Shown: positions 7,347-16,500, numbered from the stretch's first letter. The stretch: DNA of 52,087 nt from a virus (IMGVR_UViG_3300024246_000007:1-52087), one strand, 5' to 3'. Numbers and translations: made by a program. The notes: a model not told the origin generated them from the sequence alone.

Positions 7347-9500
7347 TTACGCGCCCATCACGCCTTGCAGGAAACGATTCGCCATGGCGATGTTCCCGGC
7401 AAAGCCGATCAGTTTCACCATCGCGTCCTGATTGACGCTGAACCGATCCGGGTCCAGCGGCACGCAATCGCGATCCTTGTGGGGTCGGTAGTAGATGTAC
7501 TCGGTGTTCAGCATGAACATGCTGTTGGTCGGAGCACCGGAGCCCGAAAGCCACGATCCACCGTTACCCAGCACGCTCACATTGCCGGAGCTGTTGCCCT
7601 GGAAACCGCCGTCATAAACGACGTCAGCATCCATGAACTTCAGCGCCATGAACCCGGCCATCGCGCTCCGCTCATCCTGGATACGCTGAATCGCCTGAAG
7701 CGATTCCCAGTAATAACGGAAATACGTATTGTCCGCGATGATGAGGTCCGGACGATCCGCCTGTCGGGCCTGGTTGAGCCACATGCGGTTCATCATGGTC
7801 TGCATCGTCGCAGCGCCGGGCGTCAGGCCTTGGGCAGCGAACGAGAACGCGTTGTTCTGCCAGAAAGCCCAGATGCTCGAATCAATTCCGCCGATCACGC
7901 CGGAATTGTTGGTCGTCGAAACGAGCAGCTGCAGACCACCGATCTGCTTGCCGCCGTCGGCCGTGCCGTTGCTGTAGGCATCGTTGCTCAGATTGTTCTG
8001 GAACGTCCGTTCGGCATTGCCGATGCGGGATTCCAGCAGATCGAGCATCTTTTCTTTGCCCGAGTTCTGGAGCATTTCCAGACCCGAGATCGAAACAGCC
8101 ACCGCAGCTTGCGCGATGGGGTATTGAGCCGCCGTAAAAACGTCTTGCGGCGTGATGTTGAGGATGTCGTCAGTTCTGTTCGCTGCACCGGCTCTTTATC
8201 CGGAGCATCAACCGCTCGCACGGTTGCTCAGACTATCTCTTCGCCTCACCGAGGCGTCGGGCGCTCGTGGTCGGGTTATTGTTGGGACTCACCGACTAGT
8301 CGTTAGAGCTTCCGCCAAACCAAAGGCCCTTGGCGGCTTGCTACGGGATTGCCTCAGAGAGGGTTTCCCCGTTTCACCCGATGTTTGCTCGTCGCTCACG
8401 CGGCGAGAGGACTACCGATTTCCAGAAATCCTGAGTAGCGCTTGTAGGTGCCATTCTCGCTATATTCAATTTCTTGAACAATAGCTTGGCCACCGTCGAA
8501 GGGCTTCACCTTGCCCTTCTGCGAAAGACGACGCAGAAGTGCGTTGTTCTTGGTCCTGATCTTAGCGCGCTGGCTCTTTATCCAGCGCCTGCATCTTCAT
8601 GTTCGATGCAGAGGAGACTATCTCACCACCTGCTTTGCGTCGTGCGTTGGTCTTATTGCGACCTACGGTCAGATCAAGGAGCTTCTTTGCTCGAAACTCT
8701 GGATCTTGCCACAACGCTTTCAATCTCTCGGAGTTCTTCTTTCTCGTCGCTTCCGACGCCACGGTGCGCGCTGCGATTTCTCGCCGCAATGCACTATGCT
8801 CTGGCGTTGCCCTCGCGATATTCGCAAGTGCTTGGGACCTCTTCTTCATCTCTGGGTCCATCAAATGCTTTGCGATGGTGCGCCGCTCTTCTTTCGAGAG
8901 AGCCGCCCAACCGCGCCGCTGATGAACTGAAAGCGCCTGCCCATAAAGCTGAGCCTTGCGCGTGGGAATGAGATTGTAGCCCTTCGCCTCGTCGTCGGAC
9001 GAGTAGTGATCTATCCACCATTGTTCCCGAACAAGCCGCTCGTCTTTTCCGCATTCTTCGATGACGCCGAACTCAAATGCGTCAGCGCCATGCAGCGTAA
9101 AAGATCGTTGCAAGAACTCGTTGGGATGCACGCCGCGCAAAAGATGGCTGCGGTGCTTGTTGAGCCGTGCCCGCATAGTTACGGACGATCCAACATACAC
9201 CTTGCCGTTAACGCGGTTTTTGATGAAATAAACTCCAGATATCATCGCAGATGCCGGGCGCTCGTGGGTGGATTATTCTTTCGTCACCACCTAGTCGTTA
9301 CGCCTTCTATCGCCCTCGTTCAACTCACGAGTGAGTCAAAACTACATCGATAGCTTGGCACGGGATTGGGATTCTCACCGTCCCCCGTTTCACCCGGTTT
9401 TACAACGTCCACTCAATTAAACGTTGTCGGCCAGCTTCCGCGAACGATTGAACAACGTCGTCGTGGTGATTTCTGACCAATTGGTATTCGGGACTGCCAC
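7347..9500 (-). CDS. Major capsid protein, spliced: complement(join(7347..8170,8428..8554,9420..9500)), 343 aa
   Basis: RBS AGGAGA + GTG at 9500; exons join in frame as MAVPNTNWSEITTTTLFNRSRKLADNV|TKNNALLRRL...TYKRYSG Y DILNITPQDVFTAAQYPIAQAAVAVSISGLEMLQNSGKEK...; 81+127+824=1032 nt; follows scaffold gene. Confidence 0.9.
8171..8427 (-). mobile_element. Group I intron 2 of capsid gene (257 nt, no ORF)
   Basis: Exon ...AGGAU pairs with intron GUCCU (U-G at splice site); P3 CGGGUG/CGCCCG; P7 GACUA/UAGUC; P8 CGCCUC/GAGGCG; terminal G at 8171. Confidence 0.9.
8555..9419 (-). mobile_element. Group I intron 1 of capsid gene (865 nt) with homing endonuclease
   Basis: Exon ACAACGUU pairs with intron GACGUUGU (U-G at splice site); P3 CCGGGUG/CGCCCGG; AACGACUA and GAGAUAGUCU core elements; terminal G at 8555. 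Confidence 0.92.
8562..9245 (-). CDS. Intron-encoded GIY-YIG homing endonuclease
   Basis: 'SGVYFIKNRVNGKVYVGSS..MRARLNKH...REQWWID...GYN' followed by a basic helical C-terminal region. Confidence 0.9.
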   Translation of the reverse strand: MISGVYFIKNRVNGKVYVGSSVTMRARLNKHRSHLLRGVHPNEFLQRSFTLHGADAFEFGVIEECGKDERLVREQWWIDHYSSDDEAKGYNLIPTRKAQLYGQALSVHQRRGWAALSKEERRTIAKHLMDPEMKKRSQALANIARATPEHSALRREIAARTVASEATRKKNSERLKALWQDPEFRAKKLLDLTVGRNKTNARRKAGGEIVSSASNMKMQALDKEPAR

Positions 9501-9545
9501 TGATTTTTCTCCTGTCAATGGCGTGTGAAGTGATGGGAGTTTGCG

Positions 9546-10790
9546 TTAGCCGAGTTCGGCCGCCGCTTCCTCCAGCTGTTCGCGCAATGATTGTTCGCCG
9601 CGGATCGGTGCAGACGCCTGGCCGGAGCCTGGGGCTCCAGTGACGCTGGATCCTGCGCGACGTGCGCTTGCCGCTTTGGCCCTGGCCTCTTCTGCAAGCC
9701 TCGTCTGCTCGGCAGCTTTTTGGCTGGCCAGCATGGCGGCTCGCGTCGAGGGGTTTGCCCAGACGGCAGTTTCATAGAGTTCCGCCAAGGGAGGAATCGG
9801 CTGCTTGCTGGCCACGTATGAGGAGGCGAGTGCGACCATTGCTGGCTCGACCTCCTCATAGAACGGGTGCTTCAGCTCGCCGGCTTCGTTGGCTTCGCTC
9901 TTGAATTTGGTAATATCGGCCTCAACAGCGGCTTCGCGCTCCTGGGCCGTTCGAATGGTGGCGTTGCGCTTCTCGCTGTCCTGTGCGTCGAGGCGAGCGC
10001 GGAGCTGCTGCAGCTCAGTGGCCAGCTCTGGCGGCAGCGCGATCGGTTGCGCTCCGGCGGCTGCCTGATCGGTCTTGGCCGGCTCAGTGGCGGGTTGAGC
10101 GGTCCCGGTGGACGTAAACCCCAATGCCTGCGCAAGCTGGGCCTTGTCGATATTGTAGCCCTTGATCATGCCGGCGATGACGTCGACGCCGCGGCCGTTG
10201 GCCAGCGCGGTTTCGACATTCGCCCATGCGCGGATGGTGGCGGCCGGCGTCAGGCCTTTGGCCTTCAGCGTCTCGAGATGCGGCTTGAACATCTCGTCGA
10301 TCGGGCCGAATTCCTTCTGAAGGCTGGCCAGCGCCTCGGATTTCTTGGTGAATCCGGCTTCCATGTCCTTGTAGCGGCGCAGCAGGAACGCTTGCGCATC
10401 CGGCGGCTGAAGCTTGAACATGGCCTTGTCGGAGGCGGACCAGTTAGCGGGCGGCTCCTTGCTGTCAGTGGCCTTGGCGTCGGGCTGCTTGTCGTCGGCC
10501 TTGGGCTCTTCGGCCTTGACCTCGGTTTTGTCGTCCTTGGCCTTGGCTTCCGGCTTTTCCTTGTCGTCGGCCTTCGGTTCGGTCTCTTCCTTCTTGGCGA
10601 ACTTGCCGTCCTTGGCGCGTGCGCGGTCGCTTTCCTTCGGCTCTGGTTCGGTTGCGGCTGGTTCAACCGGATCGGCCGCAGCCGGCTTGACGTCAGCGGC
10701 GGGCGCCTCAGTTGCCGGCGTCATCGCCTCATCGAACGAGGCAGACAGGATCGAGCGGAGGTCGTCGGCGGGAGCTTTATCGTCAGACAT
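9546..10790 (-). CDS. Capsid scaffolding protein
   Basis: 414 aa, charged low-complexity N-term ('RAKDGKFAK', 'PPANW'), helical; directly upstream of capsid. Confidence 0.75.
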   Translation of the reverse strand: MSDDKAPADDLRSILSASFDEAMTPATEAPAADVKPAAADPVEPAATEPEPKESDRARAKDGKFAKKEETEPKADDKEKPEAKAKDDKTEVKAEEPKADDKQPDAKATDSKEPPANWSASDKAMFKLQPPDAQAFLLRRYKDMEAGFTKKSEALASLQKEFGPIDEMFKPHLETLKAKGLTPAATIRAWANVETALANGRGVDVIAGMIKGYNIDKAQLAQALGFTSTGTAQPATEPAKTDQAAAGAQPIALPPELATELQQLRARLDAQDSEKRNATIRTAQEREAAVEADITKFKSEANEAGELKHPFYEEVEPAMVALASSYVASKQPIPPLAELYETAVWANPSTRAAMLASQKAAEQTRLAEEARAKAASARRAGSSVTGAPGSGQASAPIRGEQSLREQLEEAAAELG

Positions 10791-11034
10791 TGGTCACCGG
10801 GTTTTCGAACGTAATCTTTGATTTATTCCATTTCCAGTGGTTTCGCCCGTAGACGAGCCAAAGGGCTATATTCATCGGAAGCAAGCCCCAAGCGCCAACA
10901 GACACGATCCAGATCAGCCAAAGGAGTTGATTGACGAGACCGATAGCCCATGCATCTCGATGCTTGTTTCCAGCAAGGACGGTCATCCATACTGTGATTG
11001 CTGACAGAAGCCATGGTAGATAAGTCCTAATCAC
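10783..11034 (-). CDS. Small Trp-rich membrane protein (PnuC-fragment-like)
   Basis: 83 aa, about 3 hydrophobic helices, AT-richer than neighbours. Confidence 0.55.
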   Translation of the reverse strand: MIRTYLPWLLSAITVWMTVLAGNKHRDAWAIGLVNQLLWLIWIVSVGAWGLLPMNIALWLVYGRNHWKWNKSKITFENPVTNV

Positions 11035-11408
11035 CGCCGATTCCTCTCCGCAAACGCACGCGCCGCGTCCGCGCCGGTGTTGCTGCCATACTCGCCCCGG
11101 GCACGCTTGATGTCGTCAACACGGCTTTCCTGCATCTGGCGCTGGGTCGGGCGGTCGTCATAGATCCTGGGCGTTTCGTTGCCGGTCTCGACGTAGCCGT
11201 TGCGGCGCAAGTAGTCGCGGTGCTGGCTGCGCGAGGAGATGAATGGCCGCTTGCCGCCGCATGCGATGTCGGCGCCCATGGCGCGGTATCCTTCGATGTC
11301 CTTGATCAGCGCCGGGCCCTTCGGCTTCTCCTCCTCGAAGAAGTTCGAGCGGTCGCCGCCGACCTCGTACATCATGTCGAGTTCTTTGTCGTAGCGGTAG
11401 CGTGGCAT
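11031..11408 (-). CDS. Conserved phage protein between portal and scaffold
   Basis: 'DIEGY...ISSRSQHRDYLRRNGYVETGNE'. Confidence 0.65.
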   Translation of the reverse strand: MPRYRYDKELDMMYEVGGDRSNFFEEEKPKGPALIKDIEGYRAMGADIACGGKRPFISSRSQHRDYLRRNGYVETGNETPRIYDDRPTQRQMQESRVDDIKRARGEYGSNTGADAARAFAERNRR

Positions 11409-11641
11409 CAGGTCACCTTGTCCGGTGGGTTGGTCTGCACATGGTTCATGATCTTGGTGGCGATATGCCGGCGCCGCGCTTCCTTGTTCATCGGGCCAAC
11501 TCCGGTCTTGGGAAACTCGTCAAGATGGACTTGAACCGTGTAGCGTGAGCCGTCGTGATGCTCATAGGTGTAGGTGCAAACGCCGGTCTGCTTGTCGTAG
11601 GAGGTGGCGACGATCTGGTCGTCTAGGTTGATGGCGGTCAT
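11408..11641 (-). CDS. Hypothetical protein
   Basis: 77 aa, coupled on both sides. Confidence 0.55.
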   Translation of the reverse strand: MTAINLDDQIVATSYDKQTGVCTYTYEHHDGSRYTVQVHLDEFPKTGVGPMNKEARRRHIATKIMNHVQTNPPDKVT

Positions 11642-11823
11642 GCGTCGATCTTCCGCAATTCGTTCTGGTGGCAGATTTTCGGGTTGTCCGAGCCATCATC
11701 CCAGACCGTTTCCATCCAGCCCGGCCGGGCCAGCAGCGTGGCAACGACGCCCTTGCCGGGGCGACCTCGCATATAGATGCGGTCGCCGACCTTCGTGGGG
11801 CAGTCTTTTGGCGTCTTGGCCAT
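11638..11823 (-). CDS. Small SH3/KOW-like hypothetical protein
   Basis: MAKTPKDCPTKVGDRIYMRGRPGKGVV...WDDG; TGATG coupling to upstream ORF. Confidence 0.5.
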   Translation of the reverse strand: MAKTPKDCPTKVGDRIYMRGRPGKGVVATLLARPGWMETVWDDGSDNPKICHQNELRKIDA

Positions 11824-11996
11824 CAGGCCGCTGCGACGAGTTTCACTGGCTCGTCCGGCTTCGGAGTGATGCCGGACTTGGCATATTCCTCGAGCTGTGT
11901 AGCCTGCCGAATGATGTCGTCGGCTGGCCGCCAAAGGCCGCCCAAGCTCTTCAACGTTGCCTCAACAGCCCACACGCGCAGTTCCTGCTCAGTCAT
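11823..11996 (-). CDS. 57-aa protein (not in ORF track), paralogue of 16501..16656
   Basis: MTEQELRVWAVEATLKSLGG...EPVKLVAAA; GGAGG RBS. Confidence 0.6.
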   Translation of the reverse strand: MTEQELRVWAVEATLKSLGGLWRPADDIIRQATQLEEYAKSGITPKPDEPVKLVAAA

Positions 11997-12228
11997 GCTT
12001 GCCTCCGTTGGTTTTCACTGCAGTCCCTCAGCTTCCATCATCGAACAATCCGAAGCGGCTGACGACGCTTTCGACGCACAGGTTCAATTGGTCCAATAAA
12101 TTCCCTGTTTCGCTGCAATGCATTTCCCACATATCTGCGATCGAGATAGCGCGTAATCCGTGGCGTCGCAGCCAAAAGACCGCAGGTTCCAAGCAACACA
12201 GAAAGCATAAGTATTTCGATCGTATTCA

Positions 12229-14655
12229 CTACTGCAGCCCCTCCGCTTCCCGCGCCATGATCGAAGCGCCCTTCACATCCCGATAGGCGCGAAGATCGGC
12301 CTGCTTGTTGATGTCGGCCGCCAGACGATCATGGTGCGTCTTGGCGTCAAGTGCGAGTTCTTCCGTCTTGATCCGCTCCTGGCTCGCGACCTGCGCCAGC
12401 TTCACCGCGTTGCTCTGCTGCGCGATCTTCTCGCGGCTTTGCGTGTCTGCGGCGCGCTGTTGCAGGGCTTGCGGCGTATCGGGCCCCGAAGCGCCCTTGC
12501 CGCCATCCTTCGGCGGCATTGGCGGCATGCCCTTGAGCGCGTCGAATGCCTTGGTGACGGATTCCTCCAGCGCGCGAGCAACCTTGAATGGCCGCATGAC
12601 AAACAATGTCATTTTCTCGCCGAGGTCGGCAAGCGCCGGGTTACCCATGCACACCGGAATGATCTGCTCGAGGAACGGCACGAACTGCTGCATGAAACCG
12701 GTGCGCTGCGCCTGCTCCGCCTCAACGTCAGGCTCGATCGTGGAATCCGCCTCGATGTCTATCCGGAACCCGTGGATGCCATCCCGCTTGATCAGCGCCA
12801 CCGCGTCGTCGAATTTCTTCTGTGCGGCTTGGTTGGCCTGCTGGATGGCTTGCACCGCCTGCTGCATCTGCTGCCATTGCGCGAATTGCGGGTTTGGCAC
12901 CATCTGCATCTGCGGCATAACCATCGGAAGCTGCGGTTGGGCATTTCCCGCCGGTGCGCCACCATTCAAGCCCGTTGGGGAGGACACAGCGGGCTGCGGC
13001 GGCGCGCCGGCGGGCCCAGCAGCCGGCTCACCTGTCGCAGGATTGGACGCTGGGATGGGCGCCGGGATCATCTGCGACGGTGCCGGCGGCAATTGCGGCA
13101 CCGGCTTGAGCTGAGACTGCGGGAAACCGGTAATCATCGAAATCGTCTTGGCCGAGAAATGCTCGGCGATCACAGCGCCTTTCAGTTTGAGCAGGTTACA
13201 GGCAAAATCCGCAACATCCTTTTGTTTCGGCGCAATACGCCGGGTCGCAAAACGGGCCTTTAGATCCTGTGCCCCTTTGGTTTCGACGGGGCTGGTCTGG
13301 CCGCGGAGAATATCGCTCATCCCGGTCAGCTCGTAGAGGATCTGCTTGGTACGGTCCCGTGCGTTGTAAAGCTGAATCAAGCATTCCGCGATCTGCTGAA
13401 TTGGCATCCATTGGATGATATCCTTTATGCCACCCTTGTCGACGAAGCGCTGCCAGTCATGAATCGGGATAAGGCGGTTCTCGGTGCCCTCATCGATCAA
13501 CTGTTGAAGGGCGGCCTTTTCCTCACCGGGATAGAAGCCCTTGACCTGCAGCGCTCCGGTCAGCTTGTCGATGCGCGCCGTGACCTTGTCGAGTTCGCGG
13601 GCTTGGTCCTGATACTGGATGTAATCCGGCACCGGTATCCGCTTGTCGTTGGTCGAATTGGCCAAGAGCGGGTTTGGGTTCGGGAAAAACCCCGGCAGCT
13701 TCAAGGGGTCGTCGACCTTGTCGAGCACCAGATCAGGCGTGCCTGGCGCGATCCAGATCACCTTCAGCTGTTCCCGGTCCCAGTATTCGTGAACGCAGGC
13801 CTTCTTGTAGAGATCGCTGGGGATGTTGGTCTTTGACGATTCGGTCATGCCCTTGGGCTCGTAGTCGAGATTGACCAGCTTGCCCTTTTTCTTGCCAAAC
13901 CGCGCGATCAGCTTGTCGCGCGACAGATAGGCTTTATATCGTACCCACGGCACCTCATCCCATTGCCGGGCCGGTCCCTCGCGATAGTCTTCCCAGAACA
14001 GGTATTTAGCTATTGCCTCTTCGTAGACGACTTCGCGGGCCGGTTCTTCCTGATCGGCGTCGGGGCTTTCCGCCTCGATGCGCGAGGTATCCTCGCCCTC
14101 ATCGCCTTCGGAGGTAACATTGACGCCGGCCGCGTCGTCCTCCTCGTAGTCGTCGCTGGCTTCTTGGTCCTTGCCTTCCGGTGTGACGATCGGGTCACCG
14201 TAATGCGGCACGTAGAGCACGCGCGCCACGGCGCGGCCCGGCAGCAGGCGATCCTCGACCACAGCCTTCATCACGCTATCGAAGTGATGCTCGTGTGCAT
14301 CGCATGAATATTCAATGCAGCGCTGCATCAGTTCCGCGGCGAATAGCCCGATCGGATCGTCGTCTCCGAAAGTGCGGCGAACGTCAGGCTTCGGCGTCCT
14401 GGCGTATAGCGTCGGCTTCAGCGTCTCGACATTGGACCAGAGCACGTTGAACCGGTGCGTAGTGTCCATCGATTCCGGGCGCTCGTCGCGATAGCGCTTG
14501 ACGATCTCCCGGGCTTTCTTGATCCACTTGCGTTCTTCTTTTTCGGCGACCTTCTCTTGGCCCATCCAGTAGGCATAGACCGCCGCGTCATCGTTGGGCT
14601 TGCCGAGGTCGTCGCGCGTCTCGATGCGCTGGCCAATGTCGGCAGTATCAACCAT
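12229..14655 (-). CDS. Portal protein (P22-like)
   Basis: 808 aa; 'FNVLWSNVETLKPTLYARTPKPDVRR', 'YELTGMSDILRG', 'FRIDIEADSTI'; between terL and scaffold. Confidence 0.85.
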   Translation of the reverse strand: MVDTADIGQRIETRDDLGKPNDDAAVYAYWMGQEKVAEKEERKWIKKAREIVKRYRDERPESMDTTHRFNVLWSNVETLKPTLYARTPKPDVRRTFGDDDPIGLFAAELMQRCIEYSCDAHEHHFDSVMKAVVEDRLLPGRAVARVLYVPHYGDPIVTPEGKDQEASDDYEEDDAAGVNVTSEGDEGEDTSRIEAESPDADQEEPAREVVYEEAIAKYLFWEDYREGPARQWDEVPWVRYKAYLSRDKLIARFGKKKGKLVNLDYEPKGMTESSKTNIPSDLYKKACVHEYWDREQLKVIWIAPGTPDLVLDKVDDPLKLPGFFPNPNPLLANSTNDKRIPVPDYIQYQDQARELDKVTARIDKLTGALQVKGFYPGEEKAALQQLIDEGTENRLIPIHDWQRFVDKGGIKDIIQWMPIQQIAECLIQLYNARDRTKQILYELTGMSDILRGQTSPVETKGAQDLKARFATRRIAPKQKDVADFACNLLKLKGAVIAEHFSAKTISMITGFPQSQLKPVPQLPPAPSQMIPAPIPASNPATGEPAAGPAGAPPQPAVSSPTGLNGGAPAGNAQPQLPMVMPQMQMVPNPQFAQWQQMQQAVQAIQQANQAAQKKFDDAVALIKRDGIHGFRIDIEADSTIEPDVEAEQAQRTGFMQQFVPFLEQIIPVCMGNPALADLGEKMTLFVMRPFKVARALEESVTKAFDALKGMPPMPPKDGGKGASGPDTPQALQQRAADTQSREKIAQQSNAVKLAQVASQERIKTEELALDAKTHHDRLAADINKQADLRAYRDVKGASIMAREAEGLQ

Positions 14656-14989
14656 TGAACAGTGCCGTTAAGCCGTCTGAGGCACCGGTTCCTTCGCGAT
14701 AGACGACGCGATCGAAACTTTCGCGCAGGCTGGCCGCGAAGATTTGTTCGGCGGCATCAATGCGCCGCTGCAACAATTCTGCTATCTCCGGCGTCATCTG
14801 ACCGGTGCTGACCGCCTGTGCATAGGGCCATTGGATTGCAGGATCATCGAAAACGATCGGAACGCCACCCAGCGATAAGGAATGCATGACCTTCACCGGC
14901 ATGATCGACGCCGCGCGAACGATCGCAGGCGCGGCGACGCCTAACGCGATCAGGCCGGTGATGAAGCCGCGGCGGGAGGATTCAATCAT
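14648..14989 (-). CDS. Twin-arginine signal protein with capsid-like segment
   Basis: MIESSRRGFITGLIALGVAAPAIVRA; C-term resembles the capsid segment LLESRIGNAERTF. Confidence 0.55.
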   Translation of the reverse strand: MIESSRRGFITGLIALGVAAPAIVRAASIMPVKVMHSLSLGGVPIVFDDPAIQWPYAQAVSTGQMTPEIAELLQRRIDAAEQIFAASLRESFDRVVYREGTGASDGLTALFNG

Positions 14990-15151
14990 TTCGTTTTGCT
15001 TCTTCGCGCGCAAGCTTGGCAAGCTCTTGACGTGTCGGCGATTTCAGCTCCATGACCACATGGCCGCCTTCTGCGTAAATCTCTAGCGTGTCACGCATCG
15101 AATACCACTTGCGATTTAGATCGTGATGACGGCCCTTGCTATCAATGTGCA

Positions 15152-15403
15152 TCAATCACCCATCACCACAGCCACGCCGCAGAGCAGGAAATTCGGCAAT
15201 GGTGCCTTATCGCTCGCGAGCAGTGGCCAGCCGCGCAACTCGAGCGCATGCCGCAGTTCGGCCTCGGCTTGATGCCAGAGCCTCGACTCGACCTCAAACG
15301 GCCGGTCAAGCATGTAATTCGGCTGCGAATAGATAGCGCGCTGAATCTGTGCCACGGCATCTGCCCGCACGATCTCGCGCTGCTCGCCGCCGCCGACCAT
15401 CAT
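15152..15403 (-). CDS. Hypothetical protein
   Basis: 83 aa, ATGA coupling. Confidence 0.5.
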   Translation of the reverse strand: MMVGGGEQREIVRADAVAQIQRAIYSQPNYMLDRPFEVESRLWHQAEAELRHALELRGWPLLASDKAPLPNFLLCGVAVVMGD

Positions 15404-15810
15404 TTTGCGCCCTTCTCCGGAACCTGCTTGCCGCCCTTCATGCTCGACTTGTCCACGGCCTTGTCGTGTGCCGTCTCCAGATCGCTCCGCAGTCCCTTCT
15501 TGCCCTCAGCCTCTTCGGCCTTGGCGTCGTGGTCGACCATGCCTTTGTGAAAGCGGATCGTCGCCGAATGCCGGTCTCCCTCCGGAGAAGAGCGCGTTTC
15601 GCTCTTCTCGACCGTTCCATGCCCGGTGAAATGCACACCGTCGCCTGACTTCAGGTCTCCGTTGAGCCCCATCTTGGTCAGGTGATGGTGATCGAGCTCG
15701 AACCTGGCACCGTCGTCCTCGGGCTGGACGTAGGGATCAACCCCTTCGCTTTTCCCGTAAGATGCCTTCTCTGCCTTGACGTCGGCTGCGGTACGGCGAA
15801 GATTTTTCAT
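15400..15810 (-). CDS. Hypothetical charged phage protein
   Basis: 136 aa, ATGA coupling. Confidence 0.6.
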   Translation of the reverse strand: MKNLRRTAADVKAEKASYGKSEGVDPYVQPEDDGARFELDHHHLTKMGLNGDLKSGDGVHFTGHGTVEKSETRSSPEGDRHSATIRFHKGMVDHDAKAEEAEGKKGLRSDLETAHDKAVDKSSMKGGKQVPEKGAK

Positions 15811-16151
15811 GTCGTTCCACCTTCACAGGGCGTGAAATAGACCTTCCCACCAGTCGCGGAGACGTTCACAGCTGCTACGCCAGTCACGCCACCCGGCGCC
15901 GGGTTCTGCAGCAGGATCGAAGCGCCAGCCGCAAGTGGGATATCGGTCACGGCTGCGGTAGGAGCTGCCTCAGTGGACACCCTGACGAAGACCAGCACGC
16001 TATTGCCGTTGGTCACCCGGATGTTGTTGGCCCAGTGCGTGGCACCGCTGATCGTGCTGTTGACGCTGGTCGTGTCAGCCGCTGTCGTGAGCGTCACACC
16101 GGCGCCCACCGTGGCACTGGCCTGGATCGGTGCGAGAGGAAGTCCGGTCAT
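15807..16151 (-). CDS. Small beta-rich putative virion protein
   Basis: 114 aa Ala/Thr/Val-rich; paralogue of 16151..16498. Confidence 0.65.
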   Translation of the reverse strand: MTGLPLAPIQASATVGAGVTLTTAADTTSVNSTISGATHWANNIRVTNGNSVLVFVRVSTEAAPTAAVTDIPLAAGASILLQNPAPGGVTGVAAVNVSATGGKVYFTPCEGGTT

Positions 16152-16498
16152 CAGGTACCGCCCTCCCCGGGCGTGAAATAGACATCGGCCGCCGTGGTCG
16201 CGCTCGACAGCACCGCTAGGCCAACAGTTCCCTGCTGCACCGGGTTCTCGACAATGACTGCAGTCCCCGCAGCGACCGGAATATCCGCAGCGGTTGCGGC
16301 CGGCGTAGCCTCACCGGAGAGCCTGACATAGGCCAGCACGGTCCCAGCATTGTAAACGCGGATATTGTTGGCCTGCTTCGTTGCGGTTAGTACAAGGGTT
16401 CCCGGCACGCTGGTCGGCGTGGCGTTGCCGGTCACCTTGACCGTGGCACCAGCGGTGGCGCTCGCCTGGAGTGCCGCAAACGGCAGGCCATATGACAT
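16151..16498 (-). CDS. Small beta-rich putative virion protein
   Basis: 115 aa; shares GLP.A..QASAT.GA, ANNIRV.N, DIP.AAG, VYFTP.EGGT with neighbour. Confidence 0.65.
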   Translation of the reverse strand: MSYGLPFAALQASATAGATVKVTGNATPTSVPGTLVLTATKQANNIRVYNAGTVLAYVRLSGEATPAATAADIPVAAGTAVIVENPVQQGTVGLAVLSSATTAADVYFTPGEGGT

Positions 16499-16500
16499 GG

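Noticed and set aside
7347-8102. 251-aa ORF as the complete capsid protein
   Set aside because: It is only part of exon 3; the real start with RBS is at 9500
6204-8306. 700-aa plus-strand ORF
   Set aside because: Antisense shadow of the capsid and decoration genes in GC-rich DNA; Arg-rich, no recognisable domain
8171-9419. Shared blocks in the two introns as IS ends or CRISPR repeats
   Set aside because: They correspond to conserved group I core elements; no transposase, spacers or cas genes
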